64,000 bases of DNA, from positions 24,868,401 to 24,932,400 of the forward strand of contig CM120641.1 of the NCBI GenBank assembly GCA_051362555.1. Reading direction: 5' to 3'. This DNA is from Lingula anatina (taxonomy: Eukaryota; Animalia; Brachiopoda). The notes below the pieces were generated by a model. It did no database searches. It had not been told where the DNA came from and saw nothing but the letters and a program-made list of their open reading frames with translations. Below are positions 47,014-60,671 of this stretch, piece after piece (position 1 is the stretch's first letter; each line of letters opens with the position of its first letter). Made by a program: the position numbers and the translations under genes.

Positions 47014-49532
47014 ATGGGAGGACTGTTCTCAAAATCAAAGAAAAAAGAATCAAGGGTGACAGAACAGGATAAAGCTGTGCTGGTAGGAGCCTGCAGCTGT
47101 AATCTATTCCTAACGTTACTTTCAAGTTGTTAATTGAATGATTTTGATTATAATGATAACTTTGATCATACAATAAGTACACTTGTTGACGAAGGTTGGT
47201 TATTTATAGTTAATTTATAGCTACTACCTGTAATGGGAAGTGTACATGTATATTTACGCTGGACTAGTACAAATGGCCACTTCAATTCTTTGTTAAATTA
47301 ATTTTCAAGAGAGATAAGAATGTTTATTTTTTTGCAATTATCCCATTTCGCTTCATTTGTTATTATTTAATCCACTATCAGCATGAGTAAAGAAAATTGG
47401 AATACATTTAATTTTCTTTATTTTTTTTCTCTTTTTACCAGCAATTAAAACAACAAAGGGATAAGCTGAAACAGTATCAGAAAAAAATATCTGTGCAGCT
47501 TGAAAAGGACAGAAATGTTGCTAAGCAGTTGCTAAAGGATGGAAAAAAAGAGTAAGGCTATGTTCATTGTTAACTATATCTAACTGATATACTGGTGCAG
47601 TGTTTTTGTATTTGTATATACTAGTATAAGAACTAAGTCCACACCAGGAACATTATATACTGTATATATTTTTTGCTATAGTTTCTTTTTCTCTAGATAG
47701 CCATTTGACTGTATAAGACAATTTAATTCTGAACTGGGTAAATCTATAAAACATGTACTAAAAAGGTTGGCCTTCTGAAAATACATGTTATTATTCAATG
47801 ATATTAGCAAAATATAAACTCTCTCTCTCTCATGACTGCTGTTGTAGCATAACTTTACTTCTTGTTTTTCTTCAGGAGAGCAAAACTACTTTTGCGAAAG
47901 AAAAGATTCCAAGAAGGTTTAATAGAGAAGACTGACAACCAGCTAGATAATATTGATAAAATGGTAGGTTTTAGTTTTGTTTCATGTAAAGCATACTGTA
48001 TACAAATAGTTGCCTTAATAAATTGCTTGTACTGAAGCAGGTATCGCAAATTGACTCCTAAAAATTTAGAGGACACTGGAAAGTCACCTATCTACTATAC
48101 ACAAGCCTCTAATGTTTCCAGAAAATACCAGTGGGCAAGGATAGGTGAGTTTCTAGTGCCTTCTTCAATTTGGAGGGCAAATTGGGGAAAAGCCAATACT
48201 AGGTAGAAAGAAGTGTTTATTTCATCTTCTGTTGTGATACCAGTTTGCTGTTAAGTAGTTCTGTGTACATGTACATACATATTGTGGTGTGTGTTTACTG
48301 ATGTTGTGATATGCTGAAAATTTTATATATAAATTTGACTTATACAAGTCAAATCAACCAGTTTTTGTTTTGCCAACTTTGTCAATTTTAGAATTACGCT
48401 AAATTGATGAGCGTTAGCGCTACCCCAGTATTAATATATATATATATACATATTTGTGTGTATATTGTTTCAGGTACATGATATTGAATTTGCTCAAATT
48501 GAAACACAAGTCATTGACGGACTAAAGCAGGGTAATGACTCGTTGAAAAAGCTCCATGAAATTTTATCCATAGAAAATGTTGAGAAAATTATGGAAGAAA
48601 CACAAGAGGCAGTGCAGTACCAACAGGTAAAATGGTGGAGAATCATAGTTCATGATTTTTATGAGAAACATTTTTGTTAACTTAAAAGTAAACAAATTTA
48701 TAGATTGAATTAAAATACTGATTAATTATTAACGCAGTGAATCTTACTTTTTCTGAATGCAAGTACATGTAATACATATACTCTTATATGTGAATTTAAT
48801 GGTTTATTCAAATAGGAAATTGATGACTTACTTGCTGGTTGCCTTTCTCAAGAGGATGAAGACGATGTTCTGGCAGAACTAGAAGAAATAACAAAGGTAA
48901 AAATCAGTTTTTCTATACAGACACTGATTGTGTCTGTATATATTATGACCACTGTGTCTACATGTATGTTGTCGCTGTTGTGGTCGCCGTTGAAACATCA
49001 GACTCTATAACTGCCAAGCCTCATTTTTGTTTTACTTTAAAACTGAGTGGCTTTAATTGTTAAAAAACAGCATAATAGGATTATTTTTGTAAAAAACTAT
49101 TTTTTGAATTTTATTTTAGTTTGCAGACTTTTGCTTTGCTATTTTTCTAAAATTGGAATTCATTCAAAGGATATCCATTAAATTACAGGAATCTTTACCA
49201 GAAGTGCCACAAGAGGAAGTACCAGCTATGCCTGAAGTTCCAAAAGCAGACATTGAAGGTACATTAAAAATTGAAATAGGCAGTCATCTAGAACTGATTC
49301 ATTAAATTAAAATTGAATGAAACATTAAATCCAAGTGCAACTGCTTTTCCCCACAAGGAAAATTCATTTTGGCAGAAAAATTATTTACAGATTACCTCAA
49401 CTTTCTCACAATTAGTGCATTCACAGCAGCAGAAACATTGCAAACCTAACATTTATGATTATTTTTCAAATTTCAGAAGAAAAGGCGATATCCAAGGAAA
49501 AGAAAAGAGGAAAGGAAATGTTAGCTTCATGA
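47014..49532 (+). CDS. CHMP6: Charged multivesicular body protein 6 (Vps20, ESCRT-III)
   Basis: Exons 47014-47082 (MGGLF..SRVTEQDKAVL, myristoylation-type start), 47442-47551 (QLKQQRDKLKQYQ), 47876-47963, 48474-48626, 48815-48896, 49189-49258 (LPEVP, MIM2-like), 49477-49532. Confidence 0.95.
48050..48184. repeat. Short imperfect inverted repeat (MITE relic)
   Basis: cactggaaagtcacctatc versus gataggtgagtttctagtg, with weaker outer pairing. Confidence 0.55.
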
Positions 49533-51400
49533 GTTCAGCTGTAAAAATTCAAGAATTCAAAGCTTTATGTGTTTTATAGTCTCTCCTTCAAAGCATAAGG
49601 GGTGGATATTGGTGTGAAATACTACATTAATACAATGTAGTTGATCATACTTTGGATACTTAGTTCCCCAGTTACCCAGAGCATCAGGTCTATTATGTGC
49701 TGGCTTTTTCATTTTCAAATCTCCACATTTGCCTTTTTTCATGATAAAATTTTTTATTAGGGTAAAAAAAAATTGACATATTACACCATTAGAGTTACTG
49801 TAGGTGTTCTTCACTTTATTTTTTAAACAAATAAATGAAGTTTTTATGTTGAAAGCATCATAGAAAAAGGCAAATAGTGGTAATCAATCACACACAAACA
49901 AAAATGTATTATTACAAAAAAGGGGGGATGCTTCCTATAGTTTAAAAATCGATAAAGTCAGTTAAAAAAGAATCCCAAGATGGTTAAAAAGATGAACATT
50001 TGATAAAATGCCAGTTGGGGAAAGAATAGGAATCCATAGTTTCCACACTGTTACAAAAGGACAGAAATTAAGAAACTAATCCCCATGGTTGCCGTCTTTG
50101 TTTAGACCAGTTGTTTGACATGCTATATAAAGTAGTTTAACTTGAAAACAATGGAAATCAAAACTGAAAAATGTGTGGAGTGCTATGTACTCATTATATT
50201 AATGTTGAGAGTTGGCAACCATGCAATACATCTTATGTATACCAGTGATCAAGTTGTGTATTTATCATATAGAGTGTATGTAAAGGTCTGTGCAATATAG
50301 AAAATGAGAAAAAATAGTGGAAATATTAATCAGTATGAAATATTAATCAATACTTGGGTGCTAGAATGTATATTCAGGTAACACTGTTAGAAAAACCTTG
50401 TTTAACTATAAGCAGCAGAAACATGTTTGATAGTATACATTGTTAATTTTGTTTTATATAGAAATTCCCTCAAAACCGAATATGGAATATCTTTGCAGGA
50501 TATTCCTTAGGAATTATCAGTCGTTGTTATTCTATCAGTTGATATAAAAGCATATGATCTATATCAGAAACAGTAGAGGCTAGCTTCAGAATACATAGAG
50601 GAATGAAACCAATCCTTCAGAATTTGGGTTGTTTTAGATGATGAGAATATAAGGACAGAAAGGAAAATTTTTATGGTGACTTTGAGATTGAAATATGATA
50701 ATATAGATATTGGATGTAAAGTGATTTCAAAAGATATTGCTACCGCATTGTATATGTATAAGACTTTAGTATGGTTCAGGTGTATTGCATAAAACTTATT
50801 AAATACAGTATATATTTTTGGTTCTACTTTCAATTTTTTATGACAAAAATTCTTTTTGTCCAAACCAGATGCCAAAAACACATTGCCTCTTTGTTTAGTG
50901 TTAATTTCATGAGCTGATTTCTAACAATGGAAAAATGTAATTATGCGTATCTTGTTCAGTACAATTTTTCATAAAAAAAACCTACATTCCATATTCAAAA
51001 TTATTATCAAAAGAGATAAAAATTATTTTAAGACCAAATTTAACCACCGGCAATATACTTTATTCCATCATTATTTATATTTTACACTTGAGGATATTTT
51101 CACCCTTTGCTCAAAACTCCTTATTTACTGCCTTACATACATTCTTTTGGGTAATAAATAAATCTTCAGTATTTGGTGACTAAATTAACTAACATTTACA
51201 CACGTAATCTTATGGGTGACAGCAAAAATGTGATTTTGGGATGAAAGCTGAAATATCGGTTTCTCACATTTTTATTTTATCTGAGCACCCATGATCACCG
51301 TTTCAAAGCTGATTTAATGAAACCATTTAGTACTCAAAAACCTTGCCAGCGATTTATCTTAAAAGATCTGCTTCAGATTTAATCATTGATAAAGCAAAAT

Positions 51401-51793
51401 GGGGCCATAGCAATAGTTCGAAGGTTCATTGGTCCAAATGTTCACTATAGAACCCTTGGACCAATGAACCCTTGATTAAAAAAAATGATGAAAATGTTAC
51501 CATTTTTTTTTACCTTCGGACTATCAAGATGCCCCCAAGCAAAATAATGCCTTTATTTAATGAAAATCTGTAATAAAGGGCTCATAACTCCACAACAACA
51601 ACATTTTCAAAAACCCCTAGGTGGCAGGGGATTGTATGGGCGTCTTGACAGTCTGAAGGTTTGTTGGTCCAAAGGTTCATTGGTCCGAAAAATGGTTACA
51701 TTTTCATCAGTTTTTTAATCAAGGGTTCATTGGTCTGAAGGTTCTATAGTGAACATTCGGACAAATGAACCTTCGGACTATTGCTACGGCCCC
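51401..51793. mobile_element. Pair of inverted mini-MITE copies with 15-bp internal sub-repeats
   Basis: 51401-51535 and 51638-51793 are reverse complements of each other. Each is bounded by gggc...gcccc and built from aaggttcattggtcc-like units. Confidence 0.8.
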
Positions 51794-52343
51794 GATGGTA
51801 CATGTAGCCTAAATATGGTGAACTCTGCCAATTTTCATGATAAAATCTTGTTCAGCAAATAAGTTACACCACATACTTATTGCTTTCTCACCTCCAAATA
51901 GAAAGGTGTTAAATTGACGATTAAAGCTTTGAGTTGCCTATGCTTATATTTTGCAAATAAAAAAATATAAACATCGATATTTCATATTTTCCAGGGTTTT
52001 TTTTTTTCATTGATTTAAATCAGCACAAAGAAAGATGCATTATTAAATAATTAGATGCAGGATGCAACTTAATACATTTCTATGTCACAAAATTATATTT
52101 TGGTATGAGTGTGTCTTGAAGTTCTATATTGCTACATCGATGTTCAATTATTTCCATTTAAATGTTAAGGATGTGAATTCACTGGGAAGATTCACAGTTT
52201 TTAACAGTTCAGCTTTTAAACGAGGATTTAGGTTAGTGTTTAGAGAAAAAAGAGATTTTTATTCGATGAAATTAAACTCCAGTATGGAATGAATATTACG
52301 AGCGTTGTTATATGAACAAACATAGGATATTCTATGTATAATT

Positions 52344-54176
52344 ATGTCTGACGCGAATGAGGGTGGAAGTGAAAGTGCAGACCTGCAAGGTGGCTGCGCA
52401 GTAACGTTAGAGGACCAATCTACCCAGCTTTCTCCTGTGTCTGAGCCTGCGAATTCTCCTCCATCCAGTGGCACGGCAAGCCCAGCAAGCCCAGCAATAA
52501 AGCTTAAAAGTGGGAAAGGTAGAACTATTTTTTCGCATATAAAAGTTTTGGTCTAACTTGCCCTTGTCTAGAACTAGTATACATGTAATTTGCTTTCTTT
52601 TTATCATCAAGAATGCACTACCACATGGCAAAACATTCTTCATATCCATGGCCAGCTTGCCCAGTTCTTTAACCCATTATACAATATTGCAATGAGTCTA
52701 AGTATGGTTTTTGAACTTTTAATGAGCAAATCAACACAAAATCATCACATATAATAATGTACTACTAGTATTTTTTTATTGATTTAAATTTAAAGCATAT
52801 GGGAAGTACTCAAAATGAAGTGAAAAAGCTTCCAAAAGCCAAGCACACATGGAATTAAGTTAATCAGCCCCTGGCTGCTGAAGGAGGCATGTTATTCAGT
52901 TGGATAGATCTACTTAGTACAATAGTTGCAAGAAACGCCAGTAGGGTCCATATGACCCAAAGAAGGATTTAATGGTTATATTGGATATACGTACTAGTTA
53001 ACATTTACCAGATTTTGAAATTCACAGTGACTACAAAAACTCTATCACTGTCCTGAAATAATTGAATAACAGTGACATGAAGACTGTTAGGTTTTTATGG
53101 ATATACATGTATATTATATATATTGGATTATTTTTGCTATGATAGTGTTCATACAAAGTTATGAATCAGTAATGTGACTGTGTGGCTGTTGTATTTGTTT
53201 GAAAGAATTTTTATTTAAGTTTTTGGGTTAAAAAGAGGTATCGAACTGTAAAAATTTAACTTTAACTGGCATGTTACTTTTATTTTCAGTGGATGTTTTG
53301 CTAAAAGCAACTGGTGATGCACCAATAATGAAAAAGAAGAAATGGGCAGTTGACCCAAGCAAGAAAATTGGATGGATTATTGAATTTATTAAGAAGTACA
53401 TAAAAGCAGAACCCTCAGAATCTGTGGTAAGTCTGTGCTCTTATTTCTCCTAAAGAGTCTCATTTGGAAAAAAGATGTTTGATAAATTGCAGGTAAAACT
53501 CTAAAACTCTTTTTGGGATATTAATGTAGCTATCTGACCAAAAAAATAAATGAGGCAGAGCCAATGCCATGTACTAGTAGAAAGACAATTCTCTAGTGTA
53601 ATGAAGACTGATCTTCGAGTCATTAAAATAGAAATTTGATGCAATTTTCTATCCACCAGTATTTAGGTTTTTAGTTAAGCTGACAACTTTATTTCTTGAT
53701 TTGAGATTTTAATTTGGGTTCACAACATTGAAGACCTCATGATGGCCTAATAAGGTTCAGCTACTAGTGCATTTATTCACAATATTTAATTCTTCTGTTT
53801 TCTAGTTCCTCTATGTGAATCAATCATTTGCTCCAGCACCTGATGTTGAAGTTGGCACAGTATATGATGTGAGCTAATAATTACTTGTCCTGTCTTACTG
53901 TAAAGTAATTTTTGTTGCAATTTATAAGGAAGTAACAGATTTGTATAGATCATGCTTTTGAATGATAAACATCCTAGTACACTAAAAACTTTCAAGAAAA
54001 GCATGTTAAGTCTAAAATTTACTCAATTTAAAGTTGTGTTATAGTGTTAACATAAAAGGTTTGTCAGTCTCCATCATTTAAATTTACTCAATGCCGTATT
54101 TTATGATGGCTTTCAGTGTTTTGGGAGTGATGGGAAGCTAGTACTTCACTACTGCAGGACTCAAGCCTGGGGATAG
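52344..54176 (+). CDS. ATG12: Ubiquitin-like protein ATG12
   Basis: Exons 52344-52519, 53290-53426 ([18 protein letters not shown]), 53806-53868 ([13 protein letters not shown]), 54117-54176 ([19 protein letters not shown]-stop, C-terminal Gly). Confidence 0.97.
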
Positions 54177-55040
54177 CTGTAAGAATGGAAAGGTTCAAGA
54201 TGCAACTTATAAAATACATGGATAATTCTAGAACATTAACAGATAGGTTTTAAAGCTGTGGGCAAACACTCCACACATAGGTTGATGTGTTACTTAATTT
54301 ATTGGTATATGTAATTGTAAATATGTAAATCATGAATGATAAAAATGTACACCAACTGTTGTAATTGTCAAACAGTTTTATTTACAAAGAAAGAGTTAAG
54401 TACATACAACCACAATAATTCTCACATTAAAAAAATAAAAATGCATAAATTTATTTTGTTGTTTGTTGACCAACTACTTTCAAATCTAAAAATCTGTACA
54501 TGAAAACAGTCATAAACGGAAGAGTATGTGAGAAGTTGCTCAAGCACTCCTTAATTAATTTGTCATGTCTTTTCATCTCTATTAAAGACGTAAGTAACTA
54601 TGTAAAGCAGAGAATAGAGCTTCTCTGTCATACAATTAGCACTTTTTATTCAATATGTTGTTCCAAAGTTAAAACCAAGTTGGTACTTTGTTTTTAAAAT
54701 ATAAAGGTTACACAATAGTAAATGACATATAATTGCAGGGTAATCCAACAAAAAGTAATCAATTTTCAAAAGATAAATATATGCCACATTTGTTCTATTG
54801 GAATGCTTATAATGAAACGTGACATAACTAATTCACACTTTGTACACCTTGTCAATAAATCAAAGCCCCGTCTATAACACATTTTTCCACATTTGATAGC
54901 CTGCTTTGACAATTTATATAACACAGACAACTGGAACAGTTCTTCTTGGTTCAAGTTCAGAATTGTTTGTAATTCCCCAAATTTCTCAGGAAAATACCCC
55001 AACCAAGACACTTCCGACAATAAAAGTCAATGATGAAAGT

Positions 55041-58000
55041 TTAGTGAGGGAATGACCAAATATAAATTGCACCATCCTCACTAACACTCACAATATATTG
55101 AGAATTAGGACATATCTTCACCTTGGTTACGGCCATAGCATGACCTTTACCAACATGGGTCACTTTGCCATCATCATAAGACCATACCTAGAAAAATAAT
55201 AACAAACATGAAAATGTGCATTATTTAGCAGAATATTTTCATAAAATGAAATGGATCACGTTTTCAGCACCTTGTGTTTGACTGTCAGTCAACAAATTGA
55301 ATTCAGCTGTTGTAATTGAAACATGAAACAAACAAGAAATAATTATAACTTAAAAGATAGACTCTCTAAATAGGCTAATACGGTATGTACCTTGATCAGT
55401 TTGTCAGCACCGCCAGTGACAAAGTATTTGCCGTCAGCGGTTATATCCATGCCATTGATATCACTGCTGAGTGAGCCCTCCACCTCACGGATTGTGGAGC
55501 CGTCAAATGTTTCCCAGTATCCAATCTTCCTGTCTGTGCCACTGGCAATAATCTGGCATGGCTGCTGGTTTGTCCCGTGGTAGAAACACACACAATTGAA
55601 CTGCGTGTTGGCAAAGATGATTTGACTTCTAACAAATCGCCTGAAAGGATAATATATAACTTTGAAAGATCATAACCTCTGTGTATAAAATTATAAAATA
55701 GAATTTATGTCAGATACTTCCAGAAAAACACTGTTCTGGGATAAAATTAAAATTTTGTTTTTGGTGGGTGCCACAAACCACTACATGTAAGTGCATGGAG
55801 TAAACTGTCCCAGCATCTTTTGTAAGATAACCTTTGATAAATTCATCTGCTTGTTTCTCAGAAATGACAACATTTTCTCTTTCAAATTGTTTAAGTTTTG
55901 CAAGAATAAATCTGTAAAAGGATTTTTACAAGGTCATTATTTGGGATATGCTTTACAATTTCACTCACTCTAGATCCCACATAATGCAAGTTCCATCCTT
56001 GCTGGCTGTGACGCAGGACTTGCCATCCTCTGTCACCTTGATGCAAGACACTGTGGCCTTATGTTCCTTCATTTCCCCCACTAGCTCGTTGGTGTAAGTC
56101 TTTCCTTTGTTGGTGTAGCATTCCTTGATCTTCCATACCCTCACCTGCCCTTCCCCGCCACCTGAGATTACATGCATTCCATCAGGGGTGAGAGCCAGTG
56201 CTGTGACCTCACGTTTGTGGGCTTGTTTTATGTCAAATATGAACTTCCCCGATTCTGGCAGGAAAAATCGGACCGACGCATCACTCCATGCTGAAAAGAA
56301 AGGAACATTTGTGAATGAATTTAAAGTACCTCAGAAATGACAATTTTGTACCAGTAACAAGCATTTGCTTAATTTGCAACGGGTATAACTTTCTAAACTT
56401 GGTAAATTTGTATATATCATTGCCTTCCTCAATAAGTACATCACATTGATTAACTGACATCAGTTACTTTACTAAGTACTGTAAAGATTGTAAATTGTGA
56501 ATCATGCTCCACACAGTCAACAGAGATGGGGGGGGGGGAGGGGGGGGGGGACTTACCACTAGCTATATATTTGCCATCTCTTGAAAAGGCAATTGCATTG
56601 CAGGTCATATTTGGAACAACAATTCTGCGGAGCTCCTGGGTAGTTGCTCTATGCCAAATACATATCTCTTGGAAAGAGCTTGTTCCAAACAACTCAGAGG
56701 TGCCGCTGTTAATAAATGAAATAAGAGTTTAACTATAATACAAGGGTAAAAATGATTGTACATGCATGGCAGCTTCACTAAACGTTCTGTTATCTGACCT
56801 TCCTAGTTTCAATTAACGGAATGTTTCTGCTATCACAGACAAACGTTGGGGACAGGAATGCCAAAATGCTATAAATCAGCATGTCATTTAATTATTATCA
56901 TTGAAAAGAAAAGAGCTTATTTTTAAGATAAATATAAAACAAAAAATGAGCCTCACTATGGAAACTCTATATCTGTGATGGCAGGGTAGTGGGCAGTCCG
57001 AACCAATGTCTCTTTAAATTCACTGTGGTTGAACTGATAGATGTGGGATTTGCTTGTTCCACAGAAAAACTAGAAAATGGAAAAAAAGAGTAAAAAACAA
57101 CAAATAAAATTGTCTCTTTATTTATGACAGTCACGGTTATCATTGAACTTTTTAAAGTTAAAACTTGTAAATAAATATTTTGATGGAAATATTATTGTTA
57201 TTTTTATCATCCACATAAGATTATCTTGTGGAACTTTGAATGACAGACAAATAAAATATGTGATTGCATTCTTATTTATACACTTACTTGGTGACCCTCT
57301 CCTCGGAGTGCAATTGATGTTACTTCACCAGCCTGGTTAAGTTTTTTGCTTTTCCTATTAAAAAAGATTATTATATAATAAGCATAGAATATGATCTTAT
57401 ATCTGGAAATGAGAGGTACTGATGAAACGCAATATTGACTGATGACATAACAACTGATTGTTTGACCAGTCAGAGAAAAGAGCACCTTATCAATCAGATG
57501 TCAACAATGTCAGATGACATTCAATGTTATCCTGGAGAATACTGACATTTGGGTATTAAATTATGTAATAAATACTGATTTTTGCTTTTTATCTACATGC
57601 AGTTTTGACAACCTCAGCTTAAGTCAATAATTGCATTGTATTAATCATCATCACAAATAACTGTAATTATTTTAAGCAGAATAACAATGAGTTGCATACT
57701 TTGTTCGCTTGAAGGCGTTATCCTTTCCTTTCACAGTTGCCACAGTGCTGTCTCCAGCGCCAACTAAGATCTCCCCATTCTTAAGCAAAGCCATAGCAGT
57801 CACTCCTTTGCTGAACCTCTCCTTTTCAGGTCCAATGTACTGAAACATCTTACTGCCAACATTGATTCCCAGCAGATCTCCAGTGGTGGTTCCACAGTAC
57901 ACAAAACTATCATCATCAGACATCTAAAAAAATAGAATAGAATAGAATAGAATAGAATAGAATAGAATAGAATAGAATAGAATAGAATAGAATAGAATAG

Positions 58001-60466
58001 AATAGAAAGCAGCCTGTAAAGTTAACACTGGTCCCACATCAAATGGAAAAAGCAAAATTGAAGCCAGTGAAAGTTTGTAAATTTGTTCAGTTACTGGCTG
58101 ATATAATAATAGATAATCATCAATTTTCTTCATGTATCATAATTCACTGCCATATATCTTTGTAAATCCTAGCATATCTATATAGCCAAACAAAGAATGA
58201 CAAGAGAGTGTTATATCCAATATTTTGTCCAACTTGTATAAATTGGTGTATTTTTTTATTTTTGTGACAAAATATATTGTAGACACATCACAAAGCAAAT
58301 GAATTTTACTTTTGTCAATAAAAACACATTAATATTATATGCTACACATCACTTTACTCAGCCTGGAATTAATACTGAAGTTTTTTACCAGATCTTGGTT
58401 TTTCCTAAATTACTGTATACAGATAATTATACTTAAAAATTGTTTAAAACAAACTTCACCAAAGAGTCTCAAATTTTGGCAAATATACATCAATATTGCT
58501 TAAAAACAATATTTTGTCAGATTTAATGAATCATTTGAGAATACAATACCTGCATGCATCTGATATCCCTCTTCAGTTGCCCCATGCTAACTTCTTCTGG
58601 TCTGATTTTCCTGTTTGCAACATCTAATGTCCAAACACGTAGTGTGCCTCTGGAATTGAACAAACCAATAATCATTGCTTAACTACATTTTATCCTAAGG
58701 ACTTATCATCCTTTTTTTTACCACTCATGTTATTATCATATGGAGAGCTATAATTTGCCTTTATCATTTATGTTTTTGAGGAAAACATTAAAAAAAAATG
58801 ATAATTAGCTTACTTTAAAATATATATGCGATTCATTTTCTAATAATCATACTCACAATCCAGCAGAAACAAAAAGGTCATCTCTGTTGTTTGCAAAAAC
58901 CACACAACTTGCACTACCAGCACTAAGGACCTGTGCAGGAGCTCCACAGATGGCTTGCTTTGTTTCAATATTCCATACAATAATGCTAAATAAAAATAAA
59001 AACAAAAAAATGAAAACAATAATTTGACTTCCTTTAAATATTGTCATTCCAAGTAATAAAAGACCAATAAAAAAACAGACCATTTCAATTCTATGGATTA
59101 AAATATGTTATTATTTATTTAAAATATTTTAACAAAGAAGATTTTTCTTACCTCCCATCATCTTGACCTCCTAGTGTTACCAAGTACAAGTCGTTAGGAG
59201 AGAAAGCAAGAGCTTCTATTTTGACTTTGTGCAAAGAACATTTGCAGTGCTTTACTCTCTCAGCATAATTCCAGATAATGACATCAGCCTAAAATTAATT
59301 ATGAGTACAATTTTAATATCTTAGCTATCAACAAGCATGTAGTTATAATGTTTTTCTCAAACTAATTTGCTCATTAAACAAATAATATGACTGCATTATT
59401 CATATGGATTATCTATCCATTCTAAAAAAGGCCAATGTCCTTTCTAATTAAGTCAAAAAGATAAACATTAAGATTACGACCTTCCCCAATGAAAGGAGGG
59501 TGACAAGGATTAAAAATAACAAATAAACATGGCAGTAGAAGATGAGACAGCCAATATCATAAGGAGTCTTAACAAGTTTATCAATGCACTTACTGCAAAT
59601 CCCATGTATGTCATCTGACCAGAAGCTATATATTTGCCACTTTTAGAAACGGCAATAGTGGTCACTTTATTAGTATGTTCTGAGAGCAACACTTGTTCCT
59701 GTGTTCCAATGTCTTCAATGATAACTGTGTCTCCCAATCCATAGATCAGGTTTTGTCTGTCTGGATGAACTATCAAACCACCTGGGATTGTTCCTACCAA
59801 ATAAAAAAAATCATACCGTAACCCATAAAATCATACCATACATCCTTATCATACAAGATTATGAAAGGGTAGTTTTTACCCAAACAGTGGAAATTAGTCA
59901 TATTAGACTTCAGTTTGAGGAAGGCCTTCACCTGAAATAGCCACAGTGCTTGTGTTTTAGCAAAATTATGGGAAAAATTCTTGTACTCATGTGATTTTAG
60001 TGGCTAATGGCATTTTGGTAGTCTATATTGATTGTTCTAAGAATAAATCATTTATAAAGTTATAACGGATCATGACATGGACATAGTGGGGAAACTGGCA
60101 TACAAGTGAGGTAGAGCCAACATAGTAGATATATTTCGCAAATAAAATTGGTTTCAGATCACCTAAGATCATTTTAAAGAACGTAAATTTAAGGGGGTGG
60201 TGAACTAAATATGTTGAGTAACAAATTTATGTGTACATGGGGAAAATATCCAGTTCTTTTTTTTCTGATTCTAAAACCAACGCCTGAACATCACTGCCAT
60301 GGCATCAGTTAGGTCTTCAATGTTCAATGGAGACATCATTCCACTTGTGAAACAACATATTAAAGAAGTAGATTTCAGTCCTATACTTACCGTCAAATCC
60401 TATCAGTGATAACCTTTGCAATGAGCCGGGATCATCACCATTAGCTATTGGGCTCTGTGCAGCCAT
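55041..60466 (-). CDS. CFAP52: Cilia- and flagella-associated protein 52 (WDR16), WD40 microtubule inner protein
   Basis: Approximate exons: 60391-60466 (IGFDG), 59594-59793 (GKYIASGQMTYMGF), 59152-59288 (LVTLGGQDD), 58856-58986, 58551-58649, 57701-57923 (YCGTTTGD), 57287-57354, 56958-57069, 56556-56706 (IVVPNMTC), 55969-56291, 55391-55641 (GTDRKIGYWETFDG), 55041-55187. Confidence 0.93.
57931..58005. repeat. (AATAG)n pentanucleotide microsatellite at a CFAP52 splice acceptor
   Basis: About 15 perfect units ending a few nt before the - strand acceptor AG at 57924-57925. Confidence 0.95.
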
Positions 60467-60547
60467 ATTTTTGGATTAAACTTAATAAATATAAGAAATT
60501 GATCAAAAGCTACAGTCTCTCGATCGCCTCCACTGCTCAAAATTGTT

Positions 60548-60671
60548 GTTGTTATTAGCAACGCACTTATACGCATGCGCAGATACAGTGTCGAGCACAT
60601 CTAACACAATCAAGAGAAAGGATATTGGGATACTGACTGCATTCGTGTTTTTGGGATACTGACTGCATTCG
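60548..60671 (-). promoter_or_regulatory. CFAP52 proximal promoter: X-box, NRF1-like site, duplicated 21-mer
   Basis: gttgttattagcaac (60548-60562), cgcatgcgca (60572-60581), and ttgggatactgactgcattcg twice (60625-60645, 60651-60671). Confidence 0.65.

Noticed and set aside
51410-51790. Regularly recurring 15-mers, and the 21-mer pair at 60625-60671, as CRISPR-like arrays
   Set aside because: Eukaryotic context, mixed orientation or only two copies, no unique equal-length spacers and no cas genes.
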